Source: Octopus vulgaris
Taxonomy: Eukaryota
Assembly: GCA_951406725.2 (NCBI GenBank)
Contig: OX597823.1
Coordinates: 11,408,001 to 11,472,000 of the forward strand
Reading direction: 5' to 3'
DNA: 64,000 nucleotides
Part shown: in pieces, positions 12,968-25,289 of the stretch
How the letters are laid out: every line of letters starts with the position of its first letter
How positions within the stretch are numbered: the stretch's first letter is position 1
Program-made: the position numbers and the translations under genes
The notes under the pieces: model-generated
What the model was told of the DNA's origin: nothing
The model's input: only the letters and a program-made list of their open reading frames with translations
Database searches by the model: none

Positions 12968-13185
12968 GACTCTTTTAACTCTTTTACTTGTTTCAGTCAT
13001 TTGACTGCGGCCATGCTGGAGCACCGCCTTTTAATCGAGCAACTCGACCCCGGGACTTATTCTTTTGCAAGCCCAGTACTTATTCTATCAGTCTCTTTTG
13101 CCGAACCGCTAAGTGACGGGGACATAAATACACCAGCATCGGTTGTCAAGCAATGCTAGGGGGGACAAACACAGACACACACACA
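12968..13185 (-). mobile_element. SINE family A, 3' half
   Basis: ctcttttacttgtttcagtcatttgactgcggccatgctggagcaccgcc...ggggacaaacacag. Confidence 0.9.
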
Positions 13186-13188
13186 CGC

Positions 13189-13219
<31 letters not shown>

Positions 13220-13649
13220 CACACTTCTATATACATAAACAACACAGACTGACAAGCCAATTGATGAAAGACACAAAAAGTGGGAGAAGAGAAATTATAC
13301 ATGTATACATATTTATGTATATACACACATATATATGTATACATATATATGTATACATATATATGTATACATATATATGTATATATGTATACATATATAT
13401 GTATACATATTTATGTATATACACACATATATATGTATACATATATATGTATACATATATATGTATATATGTATACATATATATGTATACATATTTATGT
13501 ATATACACACATATATATGTATGTGTATATGATTTTTTGTGATGGCCATGATTGGGTGCAGTAATCCAGGTGACGGACCATAAATGTTCTCCAGAGGAGC
13601 CACTCGGTTCCTTTGTTTGTTTTCTGAATGGTCTCAGGATCGAACATGT

Positions 13650-15680
13650 TAGTCACCTGTACATTGGTGCTGCCTTAGCAACATGTACTTGGAATGATAT
13701 GCATTGCCCCTCATGATTTCCCAGGTCACACACTGACCCTTCTTTAGGATTGCAATATCAGTAGATCCTGTGTATTGTGTTTGCATTCTGCTTTTGGGTG
13801 CATATTGCAGTGCTTGGAATTTATCAGCATTGAACTTCATTTTCTGTGCTTCAATCCACTTTTATGTTGCATTCAAATCATTCTGTAGTTTTGAGTTATC
13901 TTTCGAGTCCTTTATTACTTGTGGTACCTTTGTATTATCAGTATCACTGGTAAGAGTGGTTGACTGTATGGTTAACAGCATGTCTAAGAGAGCCACCACA
14001 AATAGTGGTCCCAATTCGGTTCCCTGTGGTACTCTTCTTAGTATAGATGCCTCTACAGCGAGAGCAACATTAATTGCAATTACCTGAACCCTAAAGTCAT
14101 GCAGCCATTCCTTAGTTTACCAACAATACCAAGTTCATGTATTTTGTGACATTTCATCCCAGGATTGACTTTGTCAAAGGCCTTAACAAAGTTGAGATAC
14201 ATTACGTCCTTATTTGAGGGGTTGAACTGTTATTTCAGTATCTAGCCATAATGCTGAAGTAGCTAGGTTATGCAGCTCCTTTCTGGACATGATCCATGTT
14301 GCCTGACAGTGAGCAAGTCATTTTCATCTAAGAATGTCATCAATTTCCTTCTGACAATGTATTCCATGGTTTTGCTGACTTATGTGATCACGAAGACAAG
14401 CCTGTAATTTCTTGTGATTTCTCGTTTGTGGATAGAGCATATAATACCTTCTTTTAGCATGTTGGAAAGTTTGCCACTTGCCAGGGAGCTCTGGAAAGGT
14501 ATCTGCAGTGTTTTGTAAGAGCTGTTTTGCATGTCTTTAAAAGAATTACTGGAAAACCATCAAGACCTACCACTGCATTTGAGTTCATCTCGCCTGTGGC
14601 TGATATTAAGTCCTCTTTTTTATGTTTATGTAATCAATGGTTTTCTCTTCCCTCTGTGGGTTTACAATGTGGAAAAACTTATTAGGTTTGCTTATTTGCA
14701 AATTTCCCATTAGAGAAGTGAAAAACTTTGGAATTGTCTTTTGTTTCACTTACTCTTTTGGTTCTGCAATAGTGAGCCACTTTCTTCAAACAGCGGCCCT
14801 CTCTTGTTGTACATTGAGGCAGACTCTTTTGCAAATTTGTAGAAGGGCTTAGGGTTCATTTTTGTATTTTCATCTTTCCCTTCTTTTTCAAGGTAGAGTC
14901 TGGTTGTATTTTCAATCTCCAAAAATGCCCTTTTGAGGTGAGACTACTTGCTATCATTAAATTCTTTATTTAAGTTGGGAACTTTATTCATTGTTTCATT
15001 AGGACTTTCCTGTGTTGGGGAATAATGTCTTTGTACATATTAGCTTTTCTCTCAGGAATTGCCTGAGAGAATCATTAGCAACACTTTTGCATTGTTGATA
15101 AATGCCACATATTGGTGAAACAGATGTGTAATATATTGTTCCTGTTCAGGAATAGGACTGTGTTCCATAAACATCTTCTTCATGAGATAAAGTAGGGAGT
15201 TGCCCTGATTCTGTCATTCTTGTATCATTCCTGAGATATCTGATGTTGAAGTTACCCATTAGAATTACATTAGTCTTGTGATCTAGTTTCATTAGGACTT
15301 CTTTTATCATTTTAAAGTGTTCCTCAAATTTTCTCGCATGATTTGAGGTGTCAAGTGAACAATATACTATGCATATTACCTAGTTGCTTTATATGCTGTA
15401 TGAAGGTCACAGACTGAGTTGGTATGTGACAACTGGGTTATAGAAGTGATATCTTCATAAGTGTACATGGCAACTCCCTCATGGCTTGTTCCTTTTCTCT
15501 CTGCATGAAATGCAGCATATGTGTATCTCTGCATCATTTCTGTCTACAGATAGATGCTATTTGGTTAGTGCTATGCATATTACTTGATTACATGCAGAAA
15601 AATTACTCAAATATGAGATTTTGCTTTTGCTGTTGAGCTGCAACAAACCTCTGATATTCAACAGTAGAATTAGTCAGATT
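13650..15680 (-). mobile_element. Decayed LINE ORF2 (APE endonuclease plus RT), CR1/L2-group
   Basis: Minus-strand motifs in order: LLLNIRGL (~15645-15668), HEGVAMY, NVILMGNF (~15249-15272, GDFN-like), DVMYLNFVKAFDKV (~14166-14209), RVPQGTELGP (~14007-14035) and MKFNADKFQALQY. There are many stops. A possible Cys/His-rich ORF1 remnant lies upstream to ~16.6 kb (inference). Confidence 0.85.
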
Positions 15681-17115
15681 TTTGGGTTGGTGGTAATGGT
15701 GGCCATCCTGGGTCTATTATTTGTGGTGACCTCATGTATGAGTATGCACAGTTTTGTATTAGTTTCATTTGTGGCAACAATAGCTACTGTGCTATATTTT
15801 GCACCACAGTTACAAAATTCTTTTGTTTGATTGCTGTGGTTTGCACTGCATATTGCTTTTCGGTGAGTGCAGGTCGTTTATGGGTTATTTTTACTGCTGG
15901 CTATATTTTCTGGGCATTTTCGTTACTATGATGGTTAAGTGAGAAGTAGTTGTTCATTTGAGTGCGACATCGTCTAAGCGTGGAACATGCATAGTGACAG
16001 CTTGTATCTATTTTTTCATACTGCAGTCATCCTTTATGTGGAATGTACAGATAGTCCTAGGTTTCTTCACAATTTTTGTCTTAACCCAGTGTTTCTGGTT
16101 TTATGTTTTTAGTTTTGGTTTCCTTTCCCATAATTTGTTGTCTTCTGGCCAATTCCTTTTTACCAACTGTTGCTGTTGACAGGTGGTATTGGAGCCATTT
16201 TTGGGTCCTTTACTTTCGTTTTCTCATCCTCTCACATCTGTGGGTGTCTTAGCTAATGACTGTAGAACTAGTGGTTTTAGTGTTGCCCTCTTTATCTAGC
16301 TTTTTACTTGAGCTCTGACATTGGTCTCGCCTTCTTTGTCAGACATTTCACTGACTGTTTCGACATTTTTCATGTCCAATATGTCCAGATGTGATTTTAT
16401 AAGTGCTTAGAGCTGTGGATCTAACAAATCTCTTGCTGTTCTAGGCTGCCACAGTCAGGTCATAGGGTGAGTCATTCTCTGCCATGATCCATGTCTTTAG
16501 GGATAATTGTCTCTTGGCAGTATTGCAATTTCTTGACATCTTGTTTGCATGACTTATCTGTTTCTTCATAAAATGTGTCCACATTTGTTTGGCTTCTGAG
16601 TGCAGAGAGCAGAGACGATGGTGATATGAAGAGAGGGAAGTGTAAGTTGAAATAGTGAAGAGGAGAGCAAGTTGAGGGGGTGGGGTGGAGAGCCACTGGG
16701 TATATGAGGAGAAAAAGAAAGAGAGCTGAGTGAACAAAGGGGGAGAAGAGTGAGTAGGTTGAGATAGAGAGGAGAATGAGTGAGTGTAGAATAAAGGAAA
16801 TAGCAGTGGGTCAGAGGAACAGGGATTAAAAGAAAGAGGAGGTAAGGGGATACTGTCAGAAGCTAAAAGAGGGAGGAGAATGAAAATTGAAAGTGGAGAT
16901 ATTTGCAAGACTGAGAACTTGAGATTTATATTTGTAGAGAGATAAACGGTGGGGGACAGAAATGAGTGTTAGAGATAGACATAAGGATATTGGAAAAACA
17001 GTGCAACACACAAAGATGGAGGGATATATATATATATATATAAAATGCATTTTTTTTTTTTTTTTTTTTGTACTTGTTTCAGTCATTTGCCGGTCTGGGA
17101 TATATATATATATAT

Positions 17116-17414
17116 GTGGAGGCGCAATGGCCCAGTGATTAGGGCAGCGGACTCGCGGTCGTAGGATCGGGGTTTCGATTCCCAGACTGGGCGTTGTGTG
17201 TGTTTATTGAGCGAAAACACCTAAAAGCTCCACGAGGCTCCAGCAGGGGATGGTGGTGATCCCTGCTGTACTCTTTCACCACTCTTTCTCTCACTCTTTC
17301 TTCTGTTGGCCTGCTCGCTTAGCCAGCCGGGTGGCTTCATTCGAAGGCTAAAACAATGTGATGCGCATTGTGACCAGCGATGTGTAGCAACATCTGATAA
17401 CCTGGTCGGTCACG

Positions 17415-17418
<4 letters not shown>
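17116..17418 (+). mobile_element. tRNA-derived SINE family C, short-tail type (probably octopus OR-type)
   Basis: Head gtggaggcgcaatggcccagtg.ttagggcagcggactcgcggtc with A-box and B-box-like gtttcgattcc; tail ggtcacggtga(ta)n. Other copies at 58360, 7387-7492 (3' part) and 40381-40545 (minus). Confidence 0.85.
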
Positions 17419-17478
<60 letters not shown>

Positions 17479-17570
17479 TAAATGAAAGAATAGAGTCGAA
17501 CGAAGATGTTGATAAACATAGGATAATTCATTCACCTACTTATATATATATATATATATATATGCATTTT

Positions 17571-19242
17571 TTATTCTTAAACAAAAATATTATTGACAAT
17601 GACTTGGGAAGTTTTGGCTAGTTTACCTATCATCAAACCATGATACATTGAAGTTAATCTTGGCTTTACATAGTCTCTGTTAAAATCTTCTTTGGGTATG
17701 TGGCTTGAGTGGAGTGGTAGTTAGGTTGTAGGGTGGATTGTGATAGGTATTTTGGAGAAATTTTAGTTGATTAAATTTGTGATTATGTTATTGTAAAGAA
17801 TTTCTCTCTATCATAGCCCACCCCACACCCCAATTACCACTCCACACAAACCCAATTTACCGAAGGAAAATTCGAAGTCAATAGAGACTATGGAAAGCCA
17901 AGATAAATTTCAGTGCATCACACTCCTATGATGGCTTAGCTGGCCGAAAATTCAGTCATTTTCCATAGTATTCTTGTTTAAGAATAATTAATTTATACTC
18001 TACAAGAGTATAGAATAACCCATCGGACTAATGTAAAATTGTTTACATTATAATTAAACATAAATATGTGTGTGTGTGTGTGTATTGGTAGATAGAGGGA
18101 AGAAAATTATTTTTATTGTGTACTGTTTTATGCTTGCTGTTTTATATATAAAAGTATTTCTGTTCATGTTTTGTGCAAACTGTTATATACAATATGTGAG
18201 AGAAATACCGAAAATTATACATATATAAAGGTATGGTGAAAAAACATAAAGACACTTACTGTACCTGAAAATATATAATCTACTTATATCTGTATAATGA
18301 AAGACAACTGGATTTGGTCACCTGAATTCAATGATATACTATAGAGGTGAAGAAAAAAAAACTATTTGATAATGTATATTGAGATGTAAACGACGGTAAA
18401 TTTTTTGCCTTTTGATATCTTTCAAACGGTTACAAAAATTACATACATATGCTCATTGGTGCATGTTACTCTACGCAAAGAAAATGCTGCTGCATGATTT
18501 GAATTTTCAAGTTTTTCTTAGACCTTGTGGTGTCTAATTTTTTTTTTACTATACTATGGATGATCGAAATGAAAATATATTTCTGTGTGATTTATTGATA
18601 ATTATGTACTATGTGAATATATCACTTTGATTTCAGATTATTCTGATCTGCTAGCAAATCATAAAGATTTCTTCAGGTGTAGTAGATACACTGTAATACA
18701 ACTAAGACACATACTGAATATGTATATATACATAAAAATAAATAAATTAATGTTTGTTTTTATGTTCAGTTGTAAAAACAATTTCACCCTAATCGGATGG
18801 GCTGCTCTGTACTCTTGTAGAGTACAAATTTATTATTCTGAAACAAAAATATTATTGACAGTGACTTTGAAGTTCCAGCCAGGACTAAAACTGCTGGCAC
18901 ATCCTTGACCTACCTACGTCCCTTTTGTGAACCATTAAGAAATGCCATAACCTGAAGAGGACACCCCCTTAATGTACATGGCTGCTTATGAAGTTCTACA
19001 TACGTGGATAAATTCTAAACACCACAACTGTACACCTAATCGAAAAAATTTATCCAAAACACCTCTCTATCACATCCTTCAACCTAATTGCCACTCCACT
19101 CAAACCTACTTACTCAAGGAAGATTTTAACTTGACAGATATTATATAAAGTCAAGATTAACTCCAGTGCATCACAGTCCATCGACGGGTTAGCTGACTGA
19201 AACGTCAAAATCGATGTCAATAATATTCTTGTTTAAGTATAA
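17571..19242. mobile_element. Foldback/MITE-like element with ~470 bp inverted arms
   Basis: Left arm 17571-18046 and right arm 18772-19242 are imperfect reverse complements (ttattcttaaacaaaaatattattgaca vs tgtcaataatattcttgtttaagtataa; tactctacaagagta vs tactcttgtagagta). Confidence 0.75.
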
Positions 19243-19279
19243 TAAACCCACACACATATACATACACACGCGCACACAC

Positions 19280-19625
19280 TCAGGTGTGTGTGTGTGTGTG
19301 TCTATATATATGTATGTATATGTGCATATATATGTATATAGATGTGTATATGTTTATATATGTATGTAAACACATAAACACACACACACATATATATGTA
19401 TCAAAATAAGCAACCAGGATATCCAGAGGTAATACGCATTCAGGTGTGTGTGTGTGTGTCTATATATATGTATATGTGCATATATATATATATAGATGTG
19501 TATATGTTTATATATGTATGTAAGCACATAAACACAGACACACACATATATATATATCAAAATAAGCAACCAGGATATCCAGAGGTAATGCATTACCTCT
19601 GGATATTCTGGTTGCTTATTTTGAT
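19280..19625. repeat. Tandem ~160 bp duplication ending in a 70 bp spacer-less palindrome
   Basis: Unit caggtgtgtg...atcaaaataagcaaccaggatatccagaggtaat occurs twice; 19556-19625 is self-complementary about atg|cat with one mismatch. Confidence 0.85.
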
Positions 19626-19714
19626 TTTAATCACCTTATTTTGAAATTGTATGGATAATACCGTACTAAATTCTGGTGCCTCAACCGAAGTACCATAGTC
19701 ATCTGAATCTAAAA

Positions 19715-19751
<37 letters not shown>

Positions 19752-19996
19752 AGTCAAAGATTGTGAAGCATGACTATCACCACTACTACGTGAACCTGAA
19801 GATTGCATAATTCAATGCATGAAAATACTAGTTCAAATCAGAATGAACATTTAACATTCTATTATTTTATTTTATTTTATTATTTTATATTATCTTATAT
19901 TATTTCATTATAAGATTGTAAATAAAACGTGAAAATCAGACAAGGTTGGAATACCTTTTATTAATATATTCTTCTATACACAATCACACACACCCG

Positions 19997-20029
<33 letters not shown>

Positions 20030-20509
20030 GCTTTTTGTATATACATATCGATATACATGTGTATATCTATCTATCAATCTATCTATGTATGTTATACTTA
20101 AAACTCTAGTACAACTATTTTTTTCCCTATTAAATATCTGTCTTATGCATAGAGCCATGGTAGTAAAACTTGTGCCGCTGATGCCTGTTGGACCAGAAAC
20201 TCTTGTCCATAATTGTTCCTTTATCTGCAGACTTTTTTTTTTTTTCCTGCTTAATGGAATGTCAGTTTGAAAGAATTCTTGATTTTGTGATTATGTCCCC
20301 TCCTGATTTGCTATTGGCTGCAATTGCCAATATCCCTTCCCATACTTTTGCCCTGATGAGAGGATAATTTGAATATATAAAATATCTTTTTAAATATTTT
20401 ATTTAAAATACATTTATCTTTATTGTCTATATTCATACCACTGCCATTTCTTCCCCTTAGCTAATTTTCTTTGTATGCTTTGTATGTGGTATTTATATAT
20501 ATTTGTGGA

Positions 20510-20567
<58 letters not shown>

Positions 20568-21023
20568 TGTGTGTACATGTCCAAGCATATACTTGGGTTT
20601 TGGTCAATTTTTTTCACATTCTTGTGTTGTAAAAGAGCTTTCTGGGAGAGAAAAAAAAGCTTTCTCACTGCCATTATTTTATTATTTATATTTGCCTTCC
20701 CTTTTCTCTCCCTGTCCAATGAAAAAAAGAAAATGTGTTTCTCAACAAATCCAACATAGAGAGATTCCATTTAACAAATTCTCATTACAAATGTCATTAA
20801 TATAGTGCAAAATGAACATGGTTATATATTTTTTAAATTAAACGATAAAATATCATTATCAAGGATTTTTTTTTATATTCATTATCATTAAAATGAGTTG
20901 ATTGTATTACTCCTGCTACTGCCCTCACAGAACACACTTCCAGTTATTTATTGTGGGTTTTTTATCTTCACTCGAGCTTGTCCTCTATTATTGTCTTATT
21001 CTCCTGTACTACCAGAAAACGTC

Positions 21024-21069
<46 letters not shown>

Positions 21070-21071
<2 letters not shown>

Positions 21072-21385
21072 GGAGTAAACACATAAATGTGAAACAAAGT
21101 GGAAAAAAGAGTACTCAAATACCAGTGGTAGAGTAATATGCTTTATTTAAAGCAGCAGAAAATTCGACAAAACCTGTTACTCTGAGTTTCCTGTTGCCGT
21201 TCATCGGACAGTTTTTGAACAAAACCTGTTACTCTGAGTTTCCCGTTGCCGTTCATCAAACCTGTTACTCTGAGTTTCCCATTGCCATTCATCGGACTTT
21301 TTTTGCTAGCAAAAACTGTCCGATGAACGGCAATGGGAAACTCAGAGTAACAGGTTTTTTGAATTTTCTGCTTTAAATAAAGCAT
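21070..21385. mobile_element. Penelope-like terminal-repeat remnant with tandem and inverted hammerhead-like motifs
   Basis: Three direct copies of aaacctgttactctgagtttcc.gttgccgttcatc(ggac), then an inverted copy across the axis gctagc (21305-21310). Outer arms are atgctttatttaaagcag / ctgctttaaataaagcat. The Penelope assignment is inference; no RT or GIY-YIG ORF was seen. Confidence 0.65.
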
Positions 21386-23145
21386 TTAAATAAATATATA
21401 TATATATATATTTTATAATTTAATATGTATATGCTTAGGATCTGATAATATTTGTCAAGATTCCTTCAGAATTTACAATTGGGTATATGGTGTGCAGTTT
21501 TCAAAATCTTTAAAGAAAATTACCTTTCTAGTTGCCGATGATTTGAAGCTGCCTTCTTCCATGAGCTTATTTGTTTCATTTCACTAATTATATTTTGAAT
21601 ATCTAATGCTATCATATGACATTGTAGTCTGGCGAAAATGCATTGGTGTCAAGATTTCATCTTGTTCATCCAATTTGGAAAAGAAATGTAATTAAAAAGA
21701 CCGAAGGTTAAATTTTTTGACAAGGATATTATTACTTAGTATTTATATTTTTTATTAGTATTTGGTAGAAGTAACGGAGTAACTCAAGGGCCAAGAGTTT
21801 CAGGAGTTGATGCACAAAACTGTCGGCCATTGAGTCATTGTTACTTCTGTTAAGTATCAATAATACACACACACACACACACACTTGTGGTTTGAGTTCT
21901 ATTTTTCCTGTTTGCATTGCCGAACCTGTAGTTAGTATTTTTAGGGATTTGTTGTACTACATTGTCTACTAATTCTTTATATTCATTATTCATGACGGAT
22001 GATAATTGTCATTATTGTACAGATGGTGAACCCTGTTAAAATGTGATCAAGTTAATTAGCATTTCAAAAACAAATAATGTTAGAACCTTCATTAAGGTTA
22101 CAGTTATAACTCACAGTACTGTGTATGTGTTTATCTACAGACAACTAAACACTATTTCTAAATATTTGAGAATTCCATAATTGTCTGTATAGTAAGTAAC
22201 AATACACGACAGTTAGAATATTGATTATCCAAAATAGTCATTAGCTTAATTAAGTTTTGTTTTCCCAAGTGTCTTAATTACATTTTTGCCTGATCTTTTA
22301 GACCATCAAATGTTATTTTGCCAACATCTTTCCCAAAATGCAAATTTCTGTTTTTGTTTTTGTATTTTTTTTTTATTTTGTGGGTTGAATGGAGTTTTTA
22401 ACCAAACACATATATTTGAAGAATTTAGGTAAAAGTGTCAGAATTCAGATCTGCATGAAAGAAAGGGTTTATAATTCCTTTTGTTTTGTTCTTTTCTTTT
22501 TTACCTGTTTCTTCTCAGTGTCTTGGTAAATATATTTTGACACACTTATGTATTGTCATTAAAAGTAAAACAAAAACAAAAACAAACAAATTTTTTTTAC
22601 CTTTAATACAAGGGTGCATATTAGTAGCCATACCTATTTGGAATTGTGATATTCATGCCTTTCCCAAAAGGGTTCTTCAGATTGCAACTGAAGAGAGGTT
22701 TGTTCCCTAGTGAAAATCCACATGAATCTCTTACACCTGTAAATCTTGCAATGAAATGTTAGTCGACATCCGTAATAGAAATGCAGCTTTTAGCTGGAGG
22801 TTTACATAATCTTCCTATGATTAAGATCTGTTTAGTTAATTGCAGTGCTTTTAATTAGGATAAGTATTACTAATAATTTTGAGTATCATCATATTATGAG
22901 ATTTATGGATGCGTGCATGCATGCATGTGAGTAGTGGAGAATGTTAACTGGGAACACATGTATTTTTTTCCTGGTTCCTCTTTTTTATCCCCATTCTTCT
23001 CTTCCCTAGTTGTCCTGGTCTTTTCTCTTGTATTTGAAGAAGGACTATGTCCTAAATGTAATATCTTTCACTTGCTCCATTCATAGTGACTATGAATGGG
23101 TTGTTCTTTTGCATTTGCTCTACTATATATATATATATATATATA

Positions 23146-23557
23146 CTCTCTCTTTTACTCTCTTTTACGTGCTTCAGTCATTTGACTGCGGCCATGCTGG
23201 AGCACCGCCTTTAGTCGAGCAAAGGGACGTATTCTTTGTAAGCCCAGTACTTATTCTATCGGTCTCTTTTGCCGAACCACTAAGTGACGGGGACGTAAAC
23301 ACACCAGCATCGGTTGTCAAGCAATGCTAGGGGGACAAACACAGACACACAAACATATGCACACACATACACATATATATATATACATATATACGACAGG
23401 CTTTTTTCAGTTTCTGTCTACCAAATCCACTCACAAAGCATTGGTCGGCCCGGGGCTATAGCAGAAGACACTTGCCCAAGATGCCACGCAGTGGGACTGA
23501 ACCCGGAACCATGTGGTTGGTTAGCAAGCTACTTACCACACAGCCACTCCTGCGCCT
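23146..23557 (-). mobile_element. SINE family A, full length
   Basis: On the minus strand: head ggcgcaggagtggctgtgtgg (A-box), ggttcagtcc (B-box), CORE-like tggcatcttgggcaagtgtctt, an internal (TA/TG)n tract and an (agtaaaag)n tail. Confidence 0.9.
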
Positions 23558-24980
23558 ATGTTTATATATGTATATATATGCATATCTATTATCTTTTGCT
23601 TGTTCTAGTCAGTTAACTGTTGCCTTGCTGGGGCACCGCCTTGAAGAATTTTAGTTGGACTAATTGACCTCAGTACTTAGAATTTTTTTAAAGTCTAGTA
23701 CTTATTCTATCGGCCTCTTTTGCTGAACCAGGGATGTAAACACACCAACACTGGTTGACAACACACACACACACATATTTTCTTCTAATTCTATCTTTAT
23801 CTTATAGTATTGCTACTGTCTTGGTGCTGTCCCCTATTTCATTTTTATTCTTATTTTATACTTATCCACCCCACCCCCTTGATTTCAACAACTACGATGC
23901 TTGACAGTCACTTAGTGAAAGAATGCACCTGTTGATGCAAATCTGATGAAGTGTCTCTCTGATGTATCAAACCTCAAATACTATGTAATTTTTCACATTG
24001 AACTTTTATGTGCAGTGGCGCTAAAAACAGAGGTACTAAGACAATAGTAGTCAGTCATTCAGGTCTGTCTCTTTCTCTGTCTTTCTCTTGATATAGTTAC
24101 ACACACACACACACATATGAAAAACGTTAATCAACATCAAATATTTTGAAGATCAATATTTGTACCGGAACTCATAGAAATTAACCCAAACTTCAAGCCA
24201 ACTAATTTTTTTGCAAATAACTCATTGTAATTTCAAAGTGATATGGAGAATTTTTTTTAAATGAAATACAATTTCATTTTCTTCTTTTAATTTTTTTCAT
24301 GTATATGTGTGTGTGATACATATAGTGTGCAACACTAATTGCTCCCAGTCTGCACTGTAGACACCATGCCTAAAAAGATTGAATAGTAGTGATGTAGGTA
24401 CAAGGGTATCTTTGGTCTTGTTATCAAGGACCTCTTTAGTGTTTGTGCTATGAAAAGTGCATCCAGTCTATACTCTAGAGTAGTTATGGACACTAAAGGA
24501 GGAAGAAATGAGGCAGCATGGAATCTTTAAGTTCCAACGCAGGCAGTCCATCTAGGAAAACAGAATGTTTGCATAAAAATGCTGATACTGGGTGGAGAGA
24601 TTCTTTTCTGCTGCAAAAGTTTCTCTTCAGTGTTGGAGGCATAACGACATGCACCCAGGTTATGCTGTAAAGAGATTGGTGAAAAGAATGCATCCAATTA
24701 TAAAACCCATTCCGAAAATGTATTTACAGCAAAAGTGTGTCAGATGATAAAGAAGAACTGATACCCATACACCTGGTTGGAGCTTAGGAAAATAGATGGA
24801 AAATGATGATTGTATTGTGAAGTATATTTGCCATTTAAATATGGCTAACCCCTAAGGGTGGATGCTACTGTAGCTTGTAGCCCCAGGAGGGCACTTCCTC
24901 CAGCTGGCTATTGACACACTTTCTGTGCCCTATCAGTATATGCAAAGGGAAGCCATCCTTCCAGTCTTCAACTTATGATA

Positions 24981-25025
24981 CACACGGACTCGAGTTTCTG
25001 GGTATTGACCCTTCATCAGCGTGTG
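24981..25025 (-). ncRNA. Type I minimal hammerhead ribozyme motif
   Basis: Minus strand: CACACG CUGAUGA A GGGU CAAU ACCC A GAAA C UCGA GUC CGUGUG. It has a perfect 6 bp stem I, intact core boxes, a 4 bp stem II, a palindromic stem III (ACUCGAGU) and a GUC cleavage triplet. Confidence 0.8.
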
Positions 25026-25289
25026 ACAATCACAGTTGTCGATGAAAAGTAGGTTCCCTTCGCAAATCTATATCCTTTTTCCAATGACGTAAAGACACTG
25101 ATATCGAAAAAGTGTAGACAAGCAATAGTAAATATTAGAGCGAGTTATAAACAGTAGCTGCAACATTATATATGTGTATACACATATATTGCTCTGGACC
25201 CCTTTTCACAACACAACCCTTCACTCACGTTCGTAAGCTCGACGCTCTAACTACTGAGCCACGTGCCTTCACTATAAGTAGAAGGTGGC

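Larger units (their letters stand above)
10495..13530. repeat. Microsatellite/minisatellite field with a tandem ~115 bp unit at ~11850-12490
   Basis: Repeated unit atgtctttgtatgtgtgcaatatatatgtatgtttttatttatagatagatgggcatatgtgtg, plus (tatatatgtataca)n arrays. Confidence 0.9.

Noticed and set aside
6726-13603. Many overlapping 60-160 aa ORFs rich in Y/I/M/C/V/H
   Set aside because: They are translations of (TA/TG/CA)n microsatellites, which lack stop codons in most frames.
16441-16908. 155 aa Ser/Pro/Leu-rich ORF
   Set aside because: It arises from a purine/pyrimidine-biased tract upstream of the LINE remnant and has no recognisable domain.
23938-23990. Hammerhead candidate ctgatgaag...caaatactatgta
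   Set aside because: The GAAA box is missing and stem II is unconvincing; kept only as a weak possible relic.
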